Shown in pieces: positions 60,582 through 64,000 of a stretch of DNA of 64,000 bases. The position numbers and the translations under genes were made by a program. The stretch lies in contig CM119383.1 in assembly GCA_051294905.1 (NCBI GenBank), positions 9,672,001 to 9,736,000 on the forward strand. Direction: 5' to 3'. Position 1 is the first letter of the stretch. Each line of letters begins with the position of its first letter. This DNA is from Botryllus schlosseri (Eukaryota). The notes beneath the pieces were generated by a model that was given only the letters and a program-made list of their open reading frames with translations, made no database searches and had not been told where the DNA came from.

Positions 60582-62212
60582 GCTACTACATGTCGTACAC
60601 GATGGTCGCCAATGTGCTCGGTCAACCAAAATAATGCATTGGATGGTATGATACTGGTACGAACGAAATAATGATACGAAGTCATATTTTAAGAAGACAT
60701 TTCGCGGTACGATTCATGACCATTGCGCCATTTCCATTATTCTGCGTTTTACAAGCTGGAAACATGCCCGGAATCTAGGCTAATGATTTGGGTACGACAC
60801 ATAGTAGGCTAAGTTCCAGCATCAGTAAAATTCTTACGGTCGCAAGAGTATTATAAAAAAAAACGCGATGGCATGTTGGAAATTTATAATCTCATCGCAA
60901 TCTTTGTGCATCAGCTGTCCACGCGCATGAGTCAGTAAGGTATCAGTTCAACTTGAAGCAACCAAGTAGGATTTGCGATATTTTCAATGGAGCTGAAGTG
61001 GCATTGTCGAGGAAGTAGCCACGAACAAGTCCACGAAACAACTATAAATAGACACTCTCGCGTGCACAAAGAATTGCGGAACTACACAAGTTGGTGTCGG
61101 TTACTTAGACATGAGCACGCGTTCTTCGAACCAAATCCGCGACGCTGGATGAAACATTGTCAGGACTTCCCCAGTCTATATCCGATAAGACGCCGTTTCG
61201 CTTTGGGTTCTATCAATGAGCAACGCGTTTACAAAGGCGGATTAGCGGCAAATTACTAGTTTCGTCTGTTTGAGCGTCAATTCGAGCGGTTGATAAACGC
61301 GCGGCTATTCCAGCTTCCTGTCGGGAGAGGCGGAAAAACGACCGTGACGTAACAAGGAAGTCGGATCGGCGAGATGTGGCATTGTGAACTTGGGCGTAGA
61401 AATGTCAAGACAATGACTCCAACTCATCATTCTCATCTATATATAAATTGTCTTTCTGCATGGGAAATGATGTATCTCAAATTTGCATGATTTGTGAAAT
61501 GTTTCTTCCCTCAAATATGGATCGTCATAATTGGATATTGATGGACTTACCCGGGAGGGAAATTCGAATGATTGTTTTTTTATAATGGTGTCTTACACTG
61601 GTGTAGGTAGAGTAGACACGTTAATTTGTACATGTCACTACGCTTCGGTTACAGCGCTCTCTCTATCTGGCCAAAGGAACTGATTACATCTTTAGTGCTT
61701 GTTTCCAGAGCGCAAAATCGATATCAATCCAACGCTAATGCAGTACTGAATAGGATTATATATGATTTGATATGTAAATTCATCGGGCACATTCATGTGA
61801 ACAATAAACACCACATCCTATCTGCGTGACGTCATAAAGTTTCAAAGCAAGCGGGACGCCCTGCTTACGCCCCCAAGCCGGAGGAACATCGCGGATCGCT
61901 ATGAAATGAAGTCACACATTTATTCAAACCAGAGGTCAAGATTTTGATTCTTGACATGAGTTTGCTCCGTTTTACAGCAGTTATGACCGAAAAATGGCAG
62001 CACACAATACATTTACACCATCGAACAGAACCCGGCCCATATTACATATATATTTTTGAGCCGTCACTGAAAAAAACCGATAACTAGGACCATCACTACT
62101 AACCTCGATATATTCGGGCAATATTCAAAAGATATGGTATATAGCTCACGGCCGATTTCCAAAACTTCAAAGCATTTCCTTGAACGGCTTTACAGCCATT
62201 GCTAAGCATGGG

Positions 62213-62500
62213 CAATAGGGCTGTTCAAAAATAACTTTTTTTTTCCGGATTCCAGCCGTTCACTGATTAAATTGTCAGGTTACCATAAAAAAAACGCTGC
62301 ACACCAAATTTGGTTCAATTCTAACAAGTGTAGGACTCCGCATATCCAATTGAAATTTTTAATTTATACGGTAAAACTAAAAAATAAAATTTTTCAAATT
62401 TTTCTGCCAACCCCATCAAATTGTCGAGCTGTCTTCAAAGACAATGCAGAACAAATTTGAGTCAATTCCAACCAGTAGAAGCGGAGTTATTTCAGTTTTT
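62213..62500. mobile_element. Old diverged relative of the Tc1/mariner-type MITE
   Basis: caatagggctgttcaaaaa...cacaccaaatttggttcaat, plus an inverted copy of the internal aataactccgcttc segment. Confidence 0.55.
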
Positions 62501-63435
62501 CGTTGATAATCCTCGGATTATGCACCAATCCATTGGACAAGGGCATGAAATAAACTAGAAAAGCTGCGTCCGAACACAGGTAAGCTATAAAATAAGACAT
62601 ATATAAAGTTTCCCCGTCCAACAGTAGCATATTATAGTTCTATGACTCGGTTTCGTCACGAAAATTCCCGATATTTTGTTTCATCTACGGGCCGATACCG
62701 ATATTTCATTCAAAGTGATATTGACTCTTATCGGTCCGGCTCTACTATCGTAATCGAGGTTCCGCTGAAATTCGCAGTAACAGACCGAAACAGGTCAGAG
62801 GTCACCCCAGGCGAGAGTAGCCAGCTGACTCCAATAAATTTAAAACTCGGCATTGTTAGGATAGGAATCTTAGGATTAACGGCGAGTTGCCGAGCCTATC
62901 CAAGGGTGTAGGAAACCATTTACCAGATGAGCACACACCATACACATGAGGGATTTGCCTCCAACCGACCTTGGAGTTTCCCCATACGCGGTGCGGCCCG
63001 ATACTCGGAGGTTAATGACCGTGCCGGTACACAAACAGTGAAATAAGTAAGTGCTAAAGACGGATAACCATAGTAAAATACAAAAATTTGTCTCGTCTCG
63101 TTAGCAATGCACTCAAGACTCAATGTTCGTCGTTATTTACATTCAGCGCCTTGTAGCAATATATACCTCATGTTTCAACCGGTAAACGTCCAGACGTTAT
63201 TTCATACACGCCGCATCGCGAGTCGCGACACTATCCCATACCCAGTGTTACGTCACGAACTGCTACGTCACTACGACTTTGTCCCTCACAAACAGACATC
63301 GTCTGATTACTACTGTAGTCGATTACGATCACAGCAGATCGTCGCGTTAGTGGACTGCCATTATACGTGAAAGTGATCGCGAATACATTCATTTTGCTTC
63401 CTTGCACTTGGGCCTTGTACACTGTAAACAATGTA

Positions 63436-63947
63436 CAGTAGGGGTCTTCAAAAATGAATTTTTGCTCTCAAATCGTACTGGCTACTTCATGAAATTGTTA
63501 GGTTACCTAATTAAAGCCTACACACCAAATTTGGTTCAATGCCAACCAATTGGATCATGAATAAAATAGTATTTACGTTGACCAATTCTTTAATTATTTA
63601 TAATAGTGGGCACCACCATAAATACAATTTTATTCAAAAACAATTTTATTCAAATCCAAATTTTTCGACGGCAATAACTCCGCTTCCACTGGTTGGAACT
63701 GAACAAAATTTGATGAACATCGTTTCTATAGACAACCTAACACTTTCATGGGGTGAACAGAAAATTTTCAAATTTTTTGTTATTTATTTTTATATAATAA
63801 ATAAAAACTTTCTTCTCCTGTAGCAAAGCGGTTACTGGCTGGAATTGAACCAAATTTTGTGTGTAGGCTTAAATTAGGTAACCTATCATATTTATGAAGT
63901 AGCCAGTACGATTTGTGAAAAAAAGTCATTTTTGAAGAGCGCTAATG
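63436..63947 (+). mobile_element. Tc1/mariner-type MITE, complete (512 bp, ~110-bp imperfect TIRs)
   Basis: TA|CAGTAGGGGTCTTCA...GAAGAGCGCTAATG|TA. Confidence 0.9.
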
Positions 63948-64000
63948 TACAGTACAGTGTAGAGTGGACATCGTGTTATCTGTTTCTATATCGGTCAGTG

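Noticed and set aside
61543-61573. Resemblance to the U1 snRNA 5' end (ACTTACC..GG.AGGG)
   Set aside because: Similarity stops after ~30 nt with no U1 stem-loops or Sm site; equally explained as a minus-strand splice-donor-like sequence.

Overview
Eukaryotic (animal) genomic DNA, not prokaryotic: intron-rich genes with canonical GT-AG sites and many 50-130 nt introns. An invertebrate chordate such as an ascidian is my guess from overall style; the sequence alone does not prove it. Three minus-strand genes were reconstructed by hand from splice phases. (1) A 27-exon type II diacylglycerol kinase (DGKdelta/eta-like; PH, 2xC1, split catalytic domain, SAM), CDS 44471->18590, 3579 nt = 1192 aa + stop, with every splice phase consistent. 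(2) A putative secreted protein, CDS 14108->6649 (~913 aa): signal peptide, divergent YWTD-like beta-propeller, then a large terminal exon encoding an acidic Ser/Thr-rich region with six 42-43 aa repeats, and no transmembrane segment found. (3) A second signal-peptide + YWTD gene immediately downstream (5427->~206, 3' end uncertain). Introns and the ~19 kb upstream of DGK carry many non-autonomous DNA transposons. These are mostly hAT-type (8-bp TSDs, several perfect), each with its own subterminal motif array, plus a Tc1/mariner-type MITE (TA TSD) and two tRNA-derived SINE families. Most short ORFs in the supplied track are non-coding or antisense shadows.
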